This document shows, one piece after another, positions 16,593 through 25,696 of a DNA stretch of 33,325 nucleotides (the stretch's first letter is position 1; each line of letters starts with the position of its first letter). Both the position numbers and the translations under genes were made by a program. The DNA lies in NCBI GenBank assembly GCA_039794085.1, contig JBDIWC010000043.1:1-33325 (forward strand), read 5' to 3'. Below the pieces are notes generated by a model. It did no database searches. It was not told where the DNA came from and saw only the letters and a list, made by a program, of their open reading frames with translations. This stretch comes from Gemmatimonadales bacterium. GTDB taxonomy: Bacteria; Gemmatimonadota; Gemmatimonadetes; Gemmatimonadales; GWC2-71-9.

Positions 16593-16626
16593 CGTGTACC
16601 GCTGCGCTGGGTACGAGTACGGGGAG
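16593..16626 (+). repeat. 34-bp direct repeat, copy 2
   Basis: CGTGTACCGCTGCGCTGGGTACGAGTACGGGGAG; an inverted partial copy CCGTACTCGTACCC lies at 16529-16542. Confidence 0.8.
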
Positions 16627-16638
16627 ACATTGCCCCGA

Positions 16639-17058
16639 CTATTGCATCGTCTGGAGGACCGCGAGTAGCTCGTTGGGCGAGTAGACGGGAAGGTCGGCGC
16701 GCTTGAAACCCTGTGCATCCCGAGTGACGATCCCCGTGCATCGAGCCACGCGGGCGGCCTCGTGAATCACGGCGTCCTCGAAGTCGGCGAACCCCAGATC
16801 CAGTGCGTTCGACAGGACTGTTTCCGTGACCGGTGCGACTTCACACAACGAGAGCAGGGTCCGAAGGTGACCCTTGGCTCGCCGCGCACCGCCCCCCTTG
16901 GTCGCCAGGTAGGCGACGGTCGTCACCGATGTCGCGCTGATGACCCCGGTGACCACTCCGGACTCGACCGCGGCGAGGATGCGGACCGCCGGCTCGGCAT
17001 GCGGTGCTCGCGCCAGCAGGACGTCGAGGAGGATGTTGGTGTCGATCAACACCCTCAC
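16639..17058 (-). CDS. PIN-domain (VapC-like) toxin
   Basis: MRVLIDTNILLD, DFEDAV and IVTRD motifs; GTGA overlap with the antitoxin. Confidence 0.93.
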   Translation of the reverse strand: MRVLIDTNILLDVLLARAPHAEPAVRILAAVESGVVTGVISATSVTTVAYLATKGGGARRAKGHLRTLLSLCEVAPVTETVLSNALDLGFADFEDAVIHEAARVARCTGIVTRDAQGFKRADLPVYSPNELLAVLQTMQ

Positions 17059-17294
17059 TGATACTTCTCCTCCAGGTGGCGAAGGTAGTCCGCCTCATCC
17101 ACCGGGGTCGTTCCGAGGGCACCGAGCAACGACTTCACCTTGGGCGGCAGGAACGCCGGATCATCGAGCGGCGCCTCGAGAGCGGCGAAATAGTCCGCGA
17201 CCACCGTGGAGACCGATTTGCCGGACCGTTTGGCGTAGCGCTTGGCCCCCTGGATGAGGCGGCTGTCGAGTCGGAGGGTGAGCTTGGTCTGCAT
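17055..17294 (-). CDS. DUF6364-like ribbon-helix-helix antitoxin
   Basis: MQTKLTLRLD..LIQGAKRYAK..GKSVS.VVADYF ... DYLRHLEEKY; start at ATG 17294. Confidence 0.88.
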   Translation of the reverse strand: MQTKLTLRLDSRLIQGAKRYAKRSGKSVSTVVADYFAALEAPLDDPAFLPPKVKSLLGALGTTPVDEADYLRHLEEKYQ

Positions 17295-17303
17295 GGCACA
17301 TCC

Positions 17304-17335
17304 TGACGTATAAAGCACGCCAGAAATATACGTCA
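17304..17335. promoter_or_regulatory. Putative TA autoregulatory operator
   Basis: Perfect inverted repeat TGACGTATA-N14-TATACGTCA immediately upstream of the antitoxin start. Confidence 0.65.
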
Positions 17336-17476
17336 CTATTTTCGTGACGCAAGAGTCGACAGCTCGATCGGGGCCGCTCAACAGGAGACTCGACACAAGA
17401 GCACAACCCGGCTATTATTTCAGAACGACCTGTCGTAAACCATGGAAGGCACGCTTCTCGATGGGAACGCGATTGC

Positions 17477-17490
17477 AGAACAAACGTTCT
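17477..17490. promoter_or_regulatory. Palindromic operator upstream of TetR
   Basis: AGAAC-AAAC-GTTCT just before the GGAGG RBS (17496-17500). Confidence 0.5.
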
Positions 17491-17504
17491 TGAATGGAGG
17501 CGCC

Positions 17505-18125
17505 GTGCCTCGACCTCGTTCACACGATCCTGAATCCGCCCTCGATCGGGCAATGCAACTCTTTTGGTCCCAAGGGTTTCGAGGTACTTCGGTCCAGGAC
17601 CTGGTGGACGGTTGCCGAGTGCAGCGGTATGGGATTTACCAGTCCTTCGGGAGCAAGGAAAAGCTCTTCCTCGCCGCGCTCGACCGGTACCAGGAAACCG
17701 TGGTCCGGCGGATGGTAGCTCCCCTTCTGCGCCCCGGTTCCGGGCTCCCCTCCATCCGGCGGGTCCTGGACGCCCTGGCCAGACTTGGCGAGGGGGAGGG
17801 GGAGGGAGATGAAGGACGGGGCGGGGCCGGAGCGAAGGGGTGTCTCGTCTGCAATACTGCCGGTGAGCTCGGCCGGGAAAGCTCCCCCATCTCCCGACAG
17901 ACCAGCCGGTACCTCCAGACACTCCGCGAAGCCTGGAGCGCCGCTCTCGAAGGAGCCCGCCGCGACGGGGACCTCCGCGCCGGGACCGATGTCAGCACCG
18001 CCGCGGAACACCTGACCGGAGTGACCGTGGCGCTCTGTATCCTGGCCCGGATGAGCGGGGGAGAGGGGATCATGCGGAGCCTGGTGACCCAGACCCTTCG
18101 CGGCGTAAGCGCCACCGGAGAGTAG
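17505..18125 (+). CDS. TetR/AcrR family transcriptional regulator (NemR/ComR-like)
   Basis: MPRPR...ALDRAMQLFWSQGFRGTSVQDL...IYQSFGSKEKLF; C-terminal GCLVCNT. GTG at 17505 after GGAGG. Confidence 0.93.
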   Translation: MPRPRSHDPESALDRAMQLFWSQGFRGTSVQDLVDGCRVQRYGIYQSFGSKEKLFLAALDRYQETVVRRMVAPLLRPGSGLPSIRRVLDALARLGEGEGEGDEGRGGAGAKGCLVCNTAGELGRESSPISRQTSRYLQTLREAWSAALEGARRDGDLRAGTDVSTAAEHLTGVTVALCILARMSGGEGIMRSLVTQTLRGVSATGE

Positions 18126-18219
18126 CCCTCCCACCCGCCACCCACTGGCCCGGCGCCCCGATTATCTTCGCCGGTTCCGTCAAGGAGTCCGACGCCCGAA
18201 GATTCCGAAGGAACCCGTC

Positions 18220-18984
18220 ATGCGCCGACCCCACTCCCCCACGCTCTCCCTCTCCACCGTTGCCCTTCTGGCCGCAACCTCGCCGGCCTTTGCCCAGGAT
18301 TCCCTGGCGCCGACTTCTCCCCCGCCGCCTCCGCCTCCCCTGGTGGCCTTCACTGGAGACTTCGGCCTGGTCAACACCAGCGGCAACACCGACGTCACGA
18401 CCCTCAACGTGGGTGAAGAGATCAAGATCAACGGTGGTCGCCTCTCCCTCACCCAGGCCTTTTCCGTGGTGTACGGCCGCACCGACGGGGAGACCACGAC
18501 GAGCCTCTGGCGCGGTAGCCTTCATGGGGACCTCGATCTGACGGCCGCGGTGGGAGTCTTCGCACTCGTGGCCTGGGAAAGGAACACCTTTGCCGGTATC
18601 ACGCGCCGCTTCGAGGAGACCCTGGGCGGCACCTTTCAGCTTCTCACTCTCCCCGGCACCACCCTGGAGGCCCAGCTCGGCCTCTCGCTCATTCAGCAGC
18701 AGACGACCGTGGGTCTGGACGACACCTTCGCGGCCGGCCGCTCGATGATCTCCTTCAAACAGACCTTTGCCAGCAAATCGTTCGTGCAGCAGCGCGTGGA
18801 GTTCCTCCCGAACCTGAAGACCTCGGACGACTATCGGATCAACTCGCAAAGTTCCCTCGTGGCCCCGCTCTCGGGGAGCATCGCCCTCAAGGCCTCCTAC
18901 GTGGTGCGATTCGACAACCAACCGGAGCCCACCTTCGAGAAAACTGACCGGCTCCTCACCACCGGACTCCAGATCACCTTCTGA
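18220..18984 (+). CDS. DUF481 (YdiY-like) outer-membrane beta-barrel protein
   Basis: Signal peptide AFA/Q; GLVNTSGNTD near the N-terminus; C-terminal KTDRLLTTGLQITF with terminal Phe. Confidence 0.88.
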   Translation: MRRPHSPTLSLSTVALLAATSPAFAQDSLAPTSPPPPPPPLVAFTGDFGLVNTSGNTDVTTLNVGEEIKINGGRLSLTQAFSVVYGRTDGETTTSLWRGSLHGDLDLTAAVGVFALVAWERNTFAGITRRFEETLGGTFQLLTLPGTTLEAQLGLSLIQQQTTVGLDDTFAAGRSMISFKQTFASKSFVQQRVEFLPNLKTSDDYRINSQSSLVAPLSGSIALKASYVVRFDNQPEPTFEKTDRLLTTGLQITF

Positions 18985-19005
18985 CCCTTCACCCGAAGGC
19001 ACCCC

Positions 19006-19359
19006 GTGTCCCCCATCCTGCGCACCGCCGGACTGCTCACCCTCTCCAACATTTTCATGACCTTCGCATGGTACGGTCATCTCCGCCACCTCCAGCACCG
19101 GACCTGGCTGGTGGCGGCTCTGCTCAGCTGGGGGATCGCGCTGTTCGAGTACCTTCTCCAGGTGCCCGCCAACCGCATGGGAGCCACCGTGCTGACGCTC
19201 GGCCAGCTCAAGATGATGCAGGAGGTCATCACGCTCACGGTCTTCGTGCCCTTCGCCGTGCTCTATATGCGACAGCCCCTGCGACTCGATTTTCTCTGGG
19301 CCGGCCTCTGCCTGCTCGGCGCGGTGTACTTTGTGTTCCGTGGGGTGGCACCGGCCTGA
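19006..19359 (+). CDS. DMT superfamily protein (DUF486)
   Basis: SNIFMTFAWYGHL, SWGIALFEYLLQVPANR and QLKMMQEVITL motifs. Confidence 0.93.
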   Translation: MSPILRTAGLLTLSNIFMTFAWYGHLRHLQHRTWLVAALLSWGIALFEYLLQVPANRMGATVLTLGQLKMMQEVITLTVFVPFAVLYMRQPLRLDFLWAGLCLLGAVYFVFRGVAPA

Positions 19360-19492
19360 CGCGTGGGCTGATCACGAGCGGACCCTGCGGTATCCGGGAT
19401 CCCCGGTTAAGATTGGGACTGTCGCCTTCGTGCGGTCCCCCCCATTTCGTGTCGAGGTCACTGGTGTATTTCCGATCGTGTGACGGTGCCGC

Positions 19493-19984
19493 ATGACCTC
19501 TCCCCTCTCCATCGTTCCGGCCACGCCGGAGGACATCCCCCTCATTCTCCGCTTCATTCAGGAACTCGCCGAGTACGAGCGGCTGGCACATGAGGTGGTG
19601 GCCACCGAGGCCCGGCTCCACACGGCGCTCTTCGGGCCGGTGCCCGCCGCGGAGGTCCTGGTCGCACGGTGGGACGGGGAGCCCGCGGGGATGGCGCTCT
19701 TCTTCCCCAACTTCAGCACCTTCCACGCCCGGCAGGGGATCTACCTCGAGGACCTCTATGTGACTGAAACCCATCGCGGCCGAGGCATCGGCCGGTCGCT
19801 CCTCGCCACCCTGGCCGCCCTTGCGGTGGAACGGGAATGTGCCCGCCTGGAGTGGGCGGTGCTGGACTGGAACGATCCCGCCATCGGTTTCTATCGCCGG
19901 CTCGGCGCCCGCCCGCAGGACGACTGGACCGTGTTCCGACTCTCCGGCGACGCCCTGGCCCGGCTTGCCATCACCGGCGGATAG
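19493..19984 (+). CDS. GNAT family N-acetyltransferase (diamine acetyltransferase-like)
   Basis: ELAEYE, IYLEDLYV...RGRGIG and LEWAVLDWNDPAIGFY motifs. Confidence 0.93.
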   Translation: MTSPLSIVPATPEDIPLILRFIQELAEYERLAHEVVATEARLHTALFGPVPAAEVLVARWDGEPAGMALFFPNFSTFHARQGIYLEDLYVTETHRGRGIGRSLLATLAALAVERECARLEWAVLDWNDPAIGFYRRLGARPQDDWTVFRLSGDALARLAITGG

Positions 19985-19988
19985 GCCC

Positions 19989-20609
19989 GTGCCCTGGATC
20001 CGGGTGATCGGCCTCGACGAGGCCACGGGTTTCCTCAAGGCGCAGTACGAGGCCGCGGTGAAGCGCGCGGGGTGGGTCTGGAACATCATTTCGATCCAGA
20101 GCCAGAACCCCCGCACCCTGAAGACGTCGATGGACTTCTACGGTGCGGTACTCTACGGACCCTCTCCCCTCTCCCGGGCCACTCGCGAGTTGCTGGCCTG
20201 TGTGGTGTCCCGGGAAAACCACTGCCGATATTGACTCCGCTCGCACGCCCACGACCTCCGTGCCGAGGTCGCCGCCGACTGGGGAGTGACGGACGAGGAG
20301 GAGGGAGACCGCCTGGTTCGGCAGATCGCCACCGACTGGCGCGCCGCGCCGCTCACTCCCGCGGACCGTGCCCTTGCCGAGTATGCCGTGAGGCTGACCC
20401 GCACGCCGCAGACGATGACTGCGGAAGACATCGAGGGTCTCCGGACACACGGCCTCGACGACCGGGCCATTCACGATGCGGTGCAGGTGATCGCCTACTT
20501 CAACTACATCAACCGGGTGGCCGACGCCCTCGGCATCGAGCACGAGACGCGGATCCGGGCGTGGGAGGAGGAAGGGGCCGGGGGAGACGGGGGTCCGGCC
20601 GGACCATGA
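19989..20609 (+). CDS. AhpD/carboxymuconolactone decarboxylase-like peroxidase-related selenoprotein (CxxU; TGA at 20232-20234 read as Sec)
   Basis: One continuous frame: ...LSRATRELLACVVSRENHCRY[TGA]LRSHAHDL...ALAEYAVRLT...IHDAVQVIAYFNYINRVADALG. The TGA occupies the second Cys position of the AhpD CxYC..H motif and is followed by a SECIS-like hairpin. Confidence 0.82.
20252..20271 (+). promoter_or_regulatory. Putative bacterial SECIS element (apical stem-loop)
   Basis: CGACCTC-CGTGCC-GAGGTCG: 7-bp stem; loop begins 24 nt after the UGA, with G at loop position 2. Confidence 0.6.
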
Positions 20610-22984
20610 GCGGAGACGCGGGGCTCGTCTTCCATCTCATCCCCCATGTCCACTGGGACCGGGAGTGGTATCGCACCGAACCCTCCTTCCGTCCGCACCT
20701 CGTGGCGATGCTCGACGACCTGATCCCCCGGCTGGAGGATCCGGGACGCGACGGGCTGCCCACCTTTCATCTCGACGGCCAGACGATCCTGCTGGAGGAC
20801 TACCTCGCCGCGCGACCCATGATGCGGGTCCGGATCGAGGGATTGGTTCGTACTGGACGATTGGTCACGGGACCCTGGTACGTCCTGGCCGACGAGCAGA
20901 TCCCCTCGGCGCACGCGCTGCGCTGGAACCTTGCGTTGGGGCAGGCAGACCAGAGTCGACTCGGTGGGTCGGGTGGCGTCTGCCACAGCCCCGACGCCTT
21001 CGGCCATCCGGCGGTTCTCCCGGACCTCGCGGCGACCGCGGGGCTGCGGCATGCGGTGGTGTGGCGCGGCGTTGCCGGGACGCGGGATCTCTACCGCTGG
21101 CGGGGACCTGCGGGAGGAGAACTCCTCGTGTATCACCTGCCCCCGGCGGGCTACGAGGTGGGAGCCGCGCTCCCGGCGGATCCCGGGGAACTGGCGCGAG
21201 CCTGGCCTCTGATCCGCGAGGTGCTCGTGGCCCGCGCCACCACGCGGCATGTTGCGGTGTTCGTCGGTGCGGATCACCACCGGGTGCATCCTGCTCTCCC
21301 GGATCTGGCCCGCTGCCTGGCCGCGCTGGAACCGGGAAGCGAGGTCGTGATCTCCAGCATCGACGGCTACTTCGAGGCCGTGGAAAGGGAGGTACCGTGG
21401 GACACCATTCCCGTCCTGCGGGGCTCACTCCGTGAGGGGGGCCACACCTGGCTCTTGCAGGGGACGTTCGGCACCCGGAGCCATCTCAAGCGGCGCAATG
21501 CCGAACTCGAGCTGGCGCTGGAACGGGTGGTGGAGCCGTGGATCGCCCGGGCCACACGGGCCGGAGGCACCGATCGGACCGACCTGTTGCACCAACTCTG
21601 GCGGATGCTCCTCCGCTGCCACTTCCACGACACCCTCTGCGGCTGTTGTGCCGATGGCGTGGCCCGAGCCATGGACCAGCGGCTGGACGACGTGGCGGAG
21701 ATGGCCACCTCCCTGGTACGGCTCTCGGTCGAGGAGGTGACCGGGCTCGACCCCGATCGGGCACGCGAGCATCCGGACCATGCATGTTCTGCCCTGGTCT
21801 GCTGGAATCCGGGGTCGCGGCTCGATCCGGGGTCGGTGATGACCGCCGAGCTGACTTTGCCTGGTCCGCGAATCGGGGTGGGGCCGGGAAGCGAGGCGAG
21901 GATGGTTCCGCCGAACTTCGATCCATCCCGGTCGGCGGTCGTCCTTTGCGATTCGGAGTCGAAGTGGATCATCCCGGTGCAGGTGCTCGACCGGCGGTGG
22001 GCCGTGGAGCGGGTCGACGCGCACCGTCACTATCCCCTGGCGCGTCATGTGGACCGGATCCGGGTGGCGTTCCGGGGCCCCTCCGTGCCGCCGGACGGCG
22101 TGCATCTGCTGCACCTGGAGACGGCGCGCACGCCTCGGATTCCTCGCGGTGCTGTGCGCACTGCCCGCAACCAGGTGGCAAACGGTGAGATCCGAATCAC
22201 GCTGGAGGAGAATGGAACCCTCACCCTCGATGACCTCCGAACCGGGATGACCACGCGCGGGCTGTTCCGCCTCACCTCGGAGGTGGACCTGGGCGACACG
22301 TACACCTACTCGCCTCCCTCCCCCGGAACCGACCGCTGGATCGCGGTGGAACGGGGCCCCCTGACGGCGCGGGTCCTGGCCTCGGGACCCCTCGCGGGGG
22401 TGCTGGAAGGCAGGTGGATGCTGCGGCTTCCCGGACATGGGGCCATCGGGTGTCGGCTGCTGGTGACGGTGCTCGATGGGGAGCCGCTGGTGCGTCTCCG
22501 GCTCGATCTCGACCATCAGGCGGTGAACCACCGGCTTCGGGCCTGGTTCCCCACCGGTCTCCCGGGTCGCGTGATCGCCGGACTCCAGGTGGGACAGGAG
22601 GAGCGCCTGCCCGGTGCCGCGGAGAGCACTGCGATCGAGATGATCGAGCCGACCTTTCCCGCCCACCGTTTCGTAGCCGCCTCACGCGGTACTCGCGGGC
22701 TCGGCGTGTTCCTGCCGGGCTTCTTCGAGGCGGAGTGGACCGAGGATGGCGAGATCGGGGTGACGGTCCTGCGGGCGGTGGGTCAGTTGAGCCGGGGAGA
22801 TCTGACGGCGAGGCCGGGGCATGCCGGGTGGCCCACGCCGACACCCGAGGCGCAATGCCTCGGACCCCAGCATCTGGCCTGCGTCGTGGCGCCGCTACGG
22901 GATCCGGAACTCCGCCCGAAGCGGCTGGACCGGATCTGGGAGCGGGCGATGCTACCGGTCCGCACGATGTGGATGCCGAGGTAG
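20606..22984 (+). CDS. Glycoside hydrolase family 38 alpha-mannosidase (MngB-like)
   Basis: HLIPHVHWDREWY, FHLDGQT.LLEDYL, GPWYVLADE, PDAFGH (nucleophile Asp) and HDTLCGC motifs. ATGA overlap with the upstream gene. Confidence 0.92.
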   Translation: MSGDAGLVFHLIPHVHWDREWYRTEPSFRPHLVAMLDDLIPRLEDPGRDGLPTFHLDGQTILLEDYLAARPMMRVRIEGLVRTGRLVTGPWYVLADEQIPSAHALRWNLALGQADQSRLGGSGGVCHSPDAFGHPAVLPDLAATAGLRHAVVWRGVAGTRDLYRWRGPAGGELLVYHLPPAGYEVGAALPADPGELARAWPLIREVLVARATTRHVAVFVGADHHRVHPALPDLARCLAALEPGSEVVISSIDGYFEAVEREVPWDTIPVLRGSLREGGHTWLLQGTFGTRSHLKRRNAELELALERVVEPWIARATRAGGTDRTDLLHQLWRMLLRCHFHDTLCGCCADGVARAMDQRLDDVAEMATSLVRLSVEEVTGLDPDRAREHPDHACSALVCWNPGSRLDPGSVMTAELTLPGPRIGVGPGSEARMVPPNFDPSRSAVVLCDSESKWIIPVQVLDRRWAVERVDAHRHYPLARHVDRIRVAFRGPSVPPDGVHLLHLETARTPRIPRGAVRTARNQVANGEIRITLEENGTLTLDDLRTGMTTRGLFRLTSEVDLGDTYTYSPPSPGTDRWIAVERGPLTARVLASGPLAGVLEGRWMLRLPGHGAIGCRLLVTVLDGEPLVRLRLDLDHQAVNHRLRAWFPTGLPGRVIAGLQVGQEERLPGAAESTAIEMIEPTFPAHRFVAASRGTRGLGVFLPGFFEAEWTEDGEIGVTVLRAVGQLSRGDLTARPGHAGWPTPTPEAQCLGPQHLACVVAPLRDPELRPKRLDRIWERAMLPVRTMWMPR
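22873..22918 (+). repeat. 46-bp direct repeat, copy 1 (inside the GH38 3' end)
   Basis: 43/46 identical to 25697-25742. Confidence 0.85.
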
Positions 22985-23007
22985 GCGGTAGGCGGTAGGA
23001 GGTAGAC
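22981..23007 (+). repeat. Tandem 7-mer (GTAGGCG)n
   Basis: GTAGGCG-GTAGGCG-GTAGGAG-GTAGAC; a similar tract lies at 27947-27977. Confidence 0.65.
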
Positions 23008-23210
23008 AAGCGATAGCGCGGGCTGAATGTCCGAGGTCACAATGCCCTGGGCGACGCCCCAAGACGGAGCCCGCCGGCGCCGTCTCCACCGGGTGCCCAG
23101 GGTCTCCCTGGCCGAAGAGATCGGTCGATGAGAGTTCACGCAACCGTCACCCATGACGGCCCAGGCATCGACCGGAGTGATTCGCAGGGCCCACCCCTTG
23201 CCGCTCCCGA

Positions 23211-23600
23211 TCACCTGATCGTCACCTCCATCCCGCCCACGAGGCGTTCATCCTGGACGCCACGAGCGACCACAACCACTCGACCGACCAGGAGTCCACG
23301 AACCCACGTCGTCGTGTCAGAATCAACTGTCAACGCAACGGCAGACGCCGGAGACGCCTCCCACCGCACAACGAAAGCCACCCCGGGAAAGCACGATGCG
23401 AAGAGAGCGAAGGGTCGCGCGGTGACGTGGGTGGAATCGCCGACCGCGATGGTATCGGTGAACGGACTCAGGACGACTGGGCTCCCGATACAGCTTTCCG
23501 ACGACGGTTGTTCCACCGACGAGTTGCCGCACGCCGAGAGCCAGGCCAGGTTCGCCAGCCAGCTCAAAGAGAGCATCTTGCGGATGCAAAATAGCATCAC
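23211..23600 (-). CDS. Small lipoprotein with Ig-like (Big_2-type) domain
   Basis: LAWLSA-C lipobox; VLSPFTDTIAVGDSTHVTA...VRWEAS pattern; GTGA overlap with the upstream gene. Confidence 0.65.
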   Translation of the reverse strand: MMLFCIRKMLSLSWLANLAWLSACGNSSVEQPSSESCIGSPVVLSPFTDTIAVGDSTHVTARPFALFASCFPGVAFVVRWEASPASAVALTVDSDTTTWVRGLLVGRVVVVARGVQDERLVGGMEVTIR

Positions 23601-25483
23601 AAGCCTCCCTGGTTGAAGAGATTAAAGAGCCAGAGCTGGCGAAACCGGGTCTTGTCCCACGTGGGAGGCAAAAACAGCGACACTGAGATCAGATCATACA
23701 AACGCCCCGTCACGAAATAACGCTGACTGGTTGCCGGATTGATGGCTGTCTGCGGATCGAACGGCGGCGACACATCCGGTGTATCGAGGCAATAAATGAC
23801 CTGGTCGATGCCATCGAGAATCGCATGCCAGATTCCGGTCGAAGCGTCCCTCAGGGAGCAGTTCTGGAACGCCTGGACAATGAGACTCCCAGGCCACGTC
23901 ACCTGGTCGTCGTCCGTCCCACTCTCGTTCTGTGGACCGTTGGGGTCAGCGGGACCATCCACCAGATCGTAGAGGAAACCCGCGACGGCGCCTTCGATTA
24001 TCGAGCCGTCGCCGAATGCTCGCTCCACATTCACCTCCGCCTGATGGTCGGTATAAGTAATCCCTTGACCCGACGTCAGGCCACTTCCCGCAACCCACGC
24101 TGAGAAGAAATCGGCGAAGCCTTCAACAAATGCACAGGAAAGCGAACTGGCCACACCAATGAAGTGCTCGCCGGAGCATGCATTGGCCCACGGTTCGATG
24201 GCGACATAGTGAAATCCGTACCCGTATTCGTGCATCACCACAAACGTCCCCTCTTCGCCAAAGGCCCTTTCCGCGTTCATTCTCACGATCTCAACCGAAG
24301 ACCCTCCTCCACAGCCCATGGGACAATAGTTGATCGGTGACTCGGGATCGCCATCAATGTCCGATGCCCAGATCAGCATGCTGGGCCGCGAGGTTCCGAA
24401 TTTGGTAAACGCCTGCGGAACGTACTCCTCCATGATCGAGAAGGAACTCGCCGCCGTGTTGTTGTTCACCAACATCAGATGCCCCGTCGTCCCGGTGAAG
24501 ACCGACAGGGAGGACCCCGCCATCGCTCCATTCTTTCCCTTCCCCTCCGACACAAACCCCTTCATTGTATACTCCCCCTCGACGTATTCGAACCCATCGG
24601 GACAGACCACCGTGAAGTCGCCGGTGCTGGAGACGCTGCTCACGCTCGGTTGCTCGGACAGATCCCACTCCAGCACCTCAGGACTGCTCCGCCCGAGACA
24701 GACGACCGACAGCTGCCCGCCGCGCACACCGCGCGTCTGCTGGGTCGAAATGTCGACGTACTTGACCGATCCCTGCACCGTTGCCTGAGACCCCATGGCC
24801 AACCCCTCTACCTTGCCTGCCGGCCGCGGCTTGGGCCGTGGAAAGCGTACCCCGTACGCTCCGTACTCGAACCGGTACGCCGAGTCTACCACGGTGCTGT
24901 CCCATCCCTCCGTGAGCCGTCCTCCCTCCGGTGTCACGAACACCCAGAGGGTCCGGCTGACCAGATTCCGTACATGGGTGCCGTCGGGCAATTTCCCGAT
25001 CGGCGCCGCCGTCGCGGTGGCCAGAAGCCGGTAGTAACCCGGGGCGTCATAGGTGATGGAGGAGCCGATGCTCGAGATGGCCGCCACTCCCAGACCCCCC
25101 TGCCAGTCCCGGAGGGTCGTATGGGTCCGACCTTGGTTGGCCGCACGGGATGCCGCCGGAAGATCCAGCCGCTCCAGCGTCAACCGCACTCCGGTGGCCT
25201 GAACCCGGCCTGTGAGGCGCACCTCGATCTGAAGGGGTTCGCCCGGGCGAATCGTCCCGGTGGACGTCAGCTCGATATCGGCGAAGGGAACTGTGGGGTG
25301 TTCGGTGAGGCGCCCGCCCCGGGCCGCCACAGACCCGCCCACCACGGGCTGGGTTCCGGTGCCAACGGGCGTCGCGGAATCAGGTGTACATCCGGCGGCC
25401 AGGAGCACGGCGAGCACCAGCCCGCCTGGGTACCGGCCGACACGAGACTTACGGCCTTCTGGCGGCGGGGCGGAAAAAGTCAC
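23597..25483 (-). CDS. Lipoprotein with gluzincin-like metallopeptidase domain (variant HEYGY motif)
   Basis: VLAVLLAAG-C lipobox; VVMHEYGYGFH followed by AFVEGFADFF; GTG at 25483 preceded by GAGG. Confidence 0.75.
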   Translation of the reverse strand: MTFSAPPPEGRKSRVGRYPGGLVLAVLLAAGCTPDSATPVGTGTQPVVGGSVAARGGRLTEHPTVPFADIELTSTGTIRPGEPLQIEVRLTGRVQATGVRLTLERLDLPAASRAANQGRTHTTLRDWQGGLGVAAISSIGSSITYDAPGYYRLLATATAAPIGKLPDGTHVRNLVSRTLWVFVTPEGGRLTEGWDSTVVDSAYRFEYGAYGVRFPRPKPRPAGKVEGLAMGSQATVQGSVKYVDISTQQTRGVRGGQLSVVCLGRSSPEVLEWDLSEQPSVSSVSSTGDFTVVCPDGFEYVEGEYTMKGFVSEGKGKNGAMAGSSLSVFTGTTGHLMLVNNNTAASSFSIMEEYVPQAFTKFGTSRPSMLIWASDIDGDPESPINYCPMGCGGGSSVEIVRMNAERAFGEEGTFVVMHEYGYGFHYVAIEPWANACSGEHFIGVASSLSCAFVEGFADFFSAWVAGSGLTSGQGITYTDHQAEVNVERAFGDGSIIEGAVAGFLYDLVDGPADPNGPQNESGTDDDQVTWPGSLIVQAFQNCSLRDASTGIWHAILDGIDQVIYCLDTPDVSPPFDPQTAINPATSQRYFVTGRLYDLISVSLFLPPTWDKTRFRQLWLFNLFNQGGL

Positions 25484-25696
25484 AGGGACCTCATTCAGGT
25501 TAGGGGTCACCCCCAGGTTACCGGTGGCCTTCTCAGTTGTCAAGCACCAACCACTTGACCAACTGTCACCTCCCAAGGACACGAGAGCGAAGCACCGGGC
25601 GTGACCCTTGGCTCAAGCTACCGGGCCTTTCCGACAGTCTCCGTGCGCCACGTCACAAGAACTTGGGTCCAGTAGCCTCGGTGGCCAAGGCCACAC

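Noticed and set aside
20232..20234. Pseudogene interpretation of the AhpD-like gene
   Set aside because: The stop is TGA exactly at a catalytic Cys column, both halves are intact, and a SECIS-like hairpin follows. Recoding is more likely, though not proven.
20072..20605. Apparent N-terminal extension of GH38
   Set aside because: It overlaps the AhpD-like gene in another frame; GH38 motifs start right after ATG 20606.
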